Positions 62,595 through 64,000 of a DNA stretch of 64,000 bases are shown piece after piece. Numbering within the stretch: position 1 is the first letter of the stretch; every line of letters begins with the position of its first letter. A program made the position numbers and the translations under genes. The stretch lies in the NCBI GenBank assembly GCA_963776245.1, contig CAVZLN010000006.1:416001-480000 (forward strand). Direction: 5' to 3'. Origin of the DNA: Candidatus Eiseniibacteriota bacterium (GTDB lineage: Bacteria; Eisenbacteria; RBG-16-71-46). The notes under the pieces were generated by a model. The model searched no databases and was not told the origin of the DNA. It saw nothing but the letters and a program-made list of their open reading frames with translations.

Positions 62595-63481
62595 TGCCTG
62601 AACTGCCCGAGGTCGAGACCGTGCGCCGCATGCTCGCGCAGAGCGTGCTCGGTCGCACGGTGGCGCGCGTGGAGACGTCAGGCCTTCGCCTGCGCGGCCC
62701 GATCGCGGCTGACCTGTCGCGTCGGCTGGCGGGGCACCGGTTCACCGGCGCGCGGCGGGTGGGCAAGTACCTCCTGCTCGACCTCGACGGCCGGCTCACG
62801 CTGCTCTCCCATCTCGGCATGAGCGGGCGCTGGCTGTTCTGGAGGAGACGGCCCACGGATCCGCTCACCCACGTGCACGCCCGGATCCACTTTCGCGATG
62901 GCGCGGCGCTGTGGTTCCAGGATCCGCGCCGCTTCGGCATGCTCGAGCTGCTCGCGACCGAGCGTGCGCCGGCCCACCCCGCGCTGCGCATCCTGGGCCC
63001 CGACCCGGTGGCGGACCCGCCGACCGGCCCGCGCCTGCACGCCCTCGCGCGCGGCGCGCGAGTGGCGGTGAAGAACTTCCTGCTCGACCAGCGGCGGATC
63101 GCCGGGCTCGGGAACATCTACGCGAGCGAAGTGCTGTTCCGGGCGGGGGTATCCCCGCGGCGGCGGGCCGGCGGGCTCACCCACGCCGAGTGGGACGCGA
63201 TCGCGCGCCAGACCACGGCCACGCTGGACGAGGCCATCGCCCGCATGGGCACGACGTTCAGCGCGTACCGCACGCTGTGGGGCGAACCCGGAGGCTATGG
63301 CGAGCGGTTGCGCGTGTACGACCGCGCGGGCGAAGCGTGTCGGGTGTGCGGCGCGCCCATCCGGCGCATCGTCCAGGGCCAGCGCTCGACGTTCTACTGC
63401 CCGCGCTGCCAGGGCCCCGCGGCGCGCCCGGGGCACCGCGCCAGCACCCTCGGGGGCCGCCGCCGGCCGCGCTCGGGCTGA
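62594..63481 (+). CDS. mutM: Formamidopyrimidine-DNA glycosylase
   Basis: MPELPEVE, GKYL, HLGMSG, DPRRFG, LLDQ..IAGLGNIY, C-terminal CRVC...CPRCQ zinc finger. Confidence 0.97.
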   Translation: MPELPEVETVRRMLAQSVLGRTVARVETSGLRLRGPIAADLSRRLAGHRFTGARRVGKYLLLDLDGRLTLLSHLGMSGRWLFWRRRPTDPLTHVHARIHFRDGAALWFQDPRRFGMLELLATERAPAHPALRILGPDPVADPPTGPRLHALARGARVAVKNFLLDQRRIAGLGNIYASEVLFRAGVSPRRRAGGLTHAEWDAIARQTTATLDEAIARMGTTFSAYRTLWGEPGGYGERLRVYDRAGEACRVCGAPIRRIVQGQRSTFYCPRCQGPAARPGHRASTLGGRRRPRSG

Positions 63482-63570
63482 TTCCCGCGGATATCGGGCC
63501 CCCGCGCCCTCGTCGGTGTGAAGACGGATACAAATCCGGGTCCCCGGGGAGGTCGGAGTCGCATTCCCCG

Positions 63571-63599
63571 TTGCCCCTCGGCCCCATGGCCCCTATTTT
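63571..63599 (+). promoter_or_regulatory. Possible promoter for the DEAD-box helicase
   Basis: TTGCCC-17 nt-TATTTT. Confidence 0.45.
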
Positions 63600-63695
63600 A
63601 TAGGCTGCCGTTCGTGCGGACACCCCGTCTTGGCCCCCTGACGGTCTCGGACGGCTCGACCCGACCGCCAGAGCGGCCCGCCACACGGAGGTCCT

Positions 63696-64000
63696 GTGAA
63701 TTTCGCGTCTCTCGGATTGCCCCCGGCCATCCTCAAGGGTATCCGGGCCGCCGGCTATACCGAGGCCACCGCCATCCAGAGCAAGGCCATCCCCATCATC
63801 GTGCAGGGCAACGACCTGATCGGGATCGCGCAGAGCGGCTCGGGCAAGACCGGCGCCTACGCCATCCCGCTCCTGGCCCGTCTGCTCGACGGCCCCACGC
63901 CCCGGTTGCGCGCCATCGTGCTGGTGCCCACGCGCGAGATGGCGGCGTACGTGGAGACCCGCTGCCGCGACTATGCGCGCTACACCGAGCTCAGGATCGT
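63696..64000 (+). CDS. DEAD-box RNA helicase, 5' part (runs off window)
   Basis: GGAGG RBS, GTG start; F.SLGL, Q motif GYTEATAIQ, AQSGSGKT, motif Ia VPTRE. Confidence 0.92.
   Translation, partial: MNFASLGLPPAILKGIRAAGYTEATAIQSKAIPIIVQGNDLIGIAQSGSGKTGAYAIPLLARLLDGPTPRLRAIVLVPTREMAAYVETRCRDYARYTELRI

Overview
High-GC (roughly 70% by eye) chromosomal window from a diderm bacterium, mostly core genome. In order it carries: clpX(5' end)-clpP-tig-tRNA-Leu; apgM; hbd/thiolase/crotonase/pccB acyl-CoA enzymes; proC, metK, leuB-like, mgtC-like, mtgA; an EF-G paralog-yebC-ruvCAB-queA run; sppA; one complete rRNA operon (16S-tRNA-Ile-tRNA-Ala-23S-5S, minus strand) with tandem sigma70 promoters; tyrS; PBP1A; alr-deoB-cdd-deoC-deoA; mazG, rlmI, speB; tRNA-Asp; a murQ-SBP-anmK-SpoIID peptidoglycan-recycling cluster; mutM and the start of a DEAD-box helicase. 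I saw no integrase, transposase, prophage or CRISPR array. Frameshifts in tig and in a roughly 1 kb patch (mazG/DUF1844/rlmI) look like assembly indels. The lineage cannot be fixed without a search; my weak impression is an uncultured group such as Ca. Eisenbacteria, which the full-length 16S can test. Best leads: (1) a DeoC with an N-terminal microcompartment encapsulation-peptide-like helix and a Cys/His segment, inside an ordinary deo operon with no shell genes; (2) a cupredoxin + sensor kinase + porin module beside tRNA-Asp; (3) an unannotated 27-aa membrane peptide converging on an MgtC-family gene; (4) an 80-aa, 61% Asp/Glu protein with its own promoter upstream of agmatinase; (5) a two-gene processive GT2 + small beta-barrel unit with an altered QxxRW motif; (6) a secreted protein with three 74-aa helical repeats beside a beta-barrel and sppA. 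All calls rest on motif recognition, not database searches.
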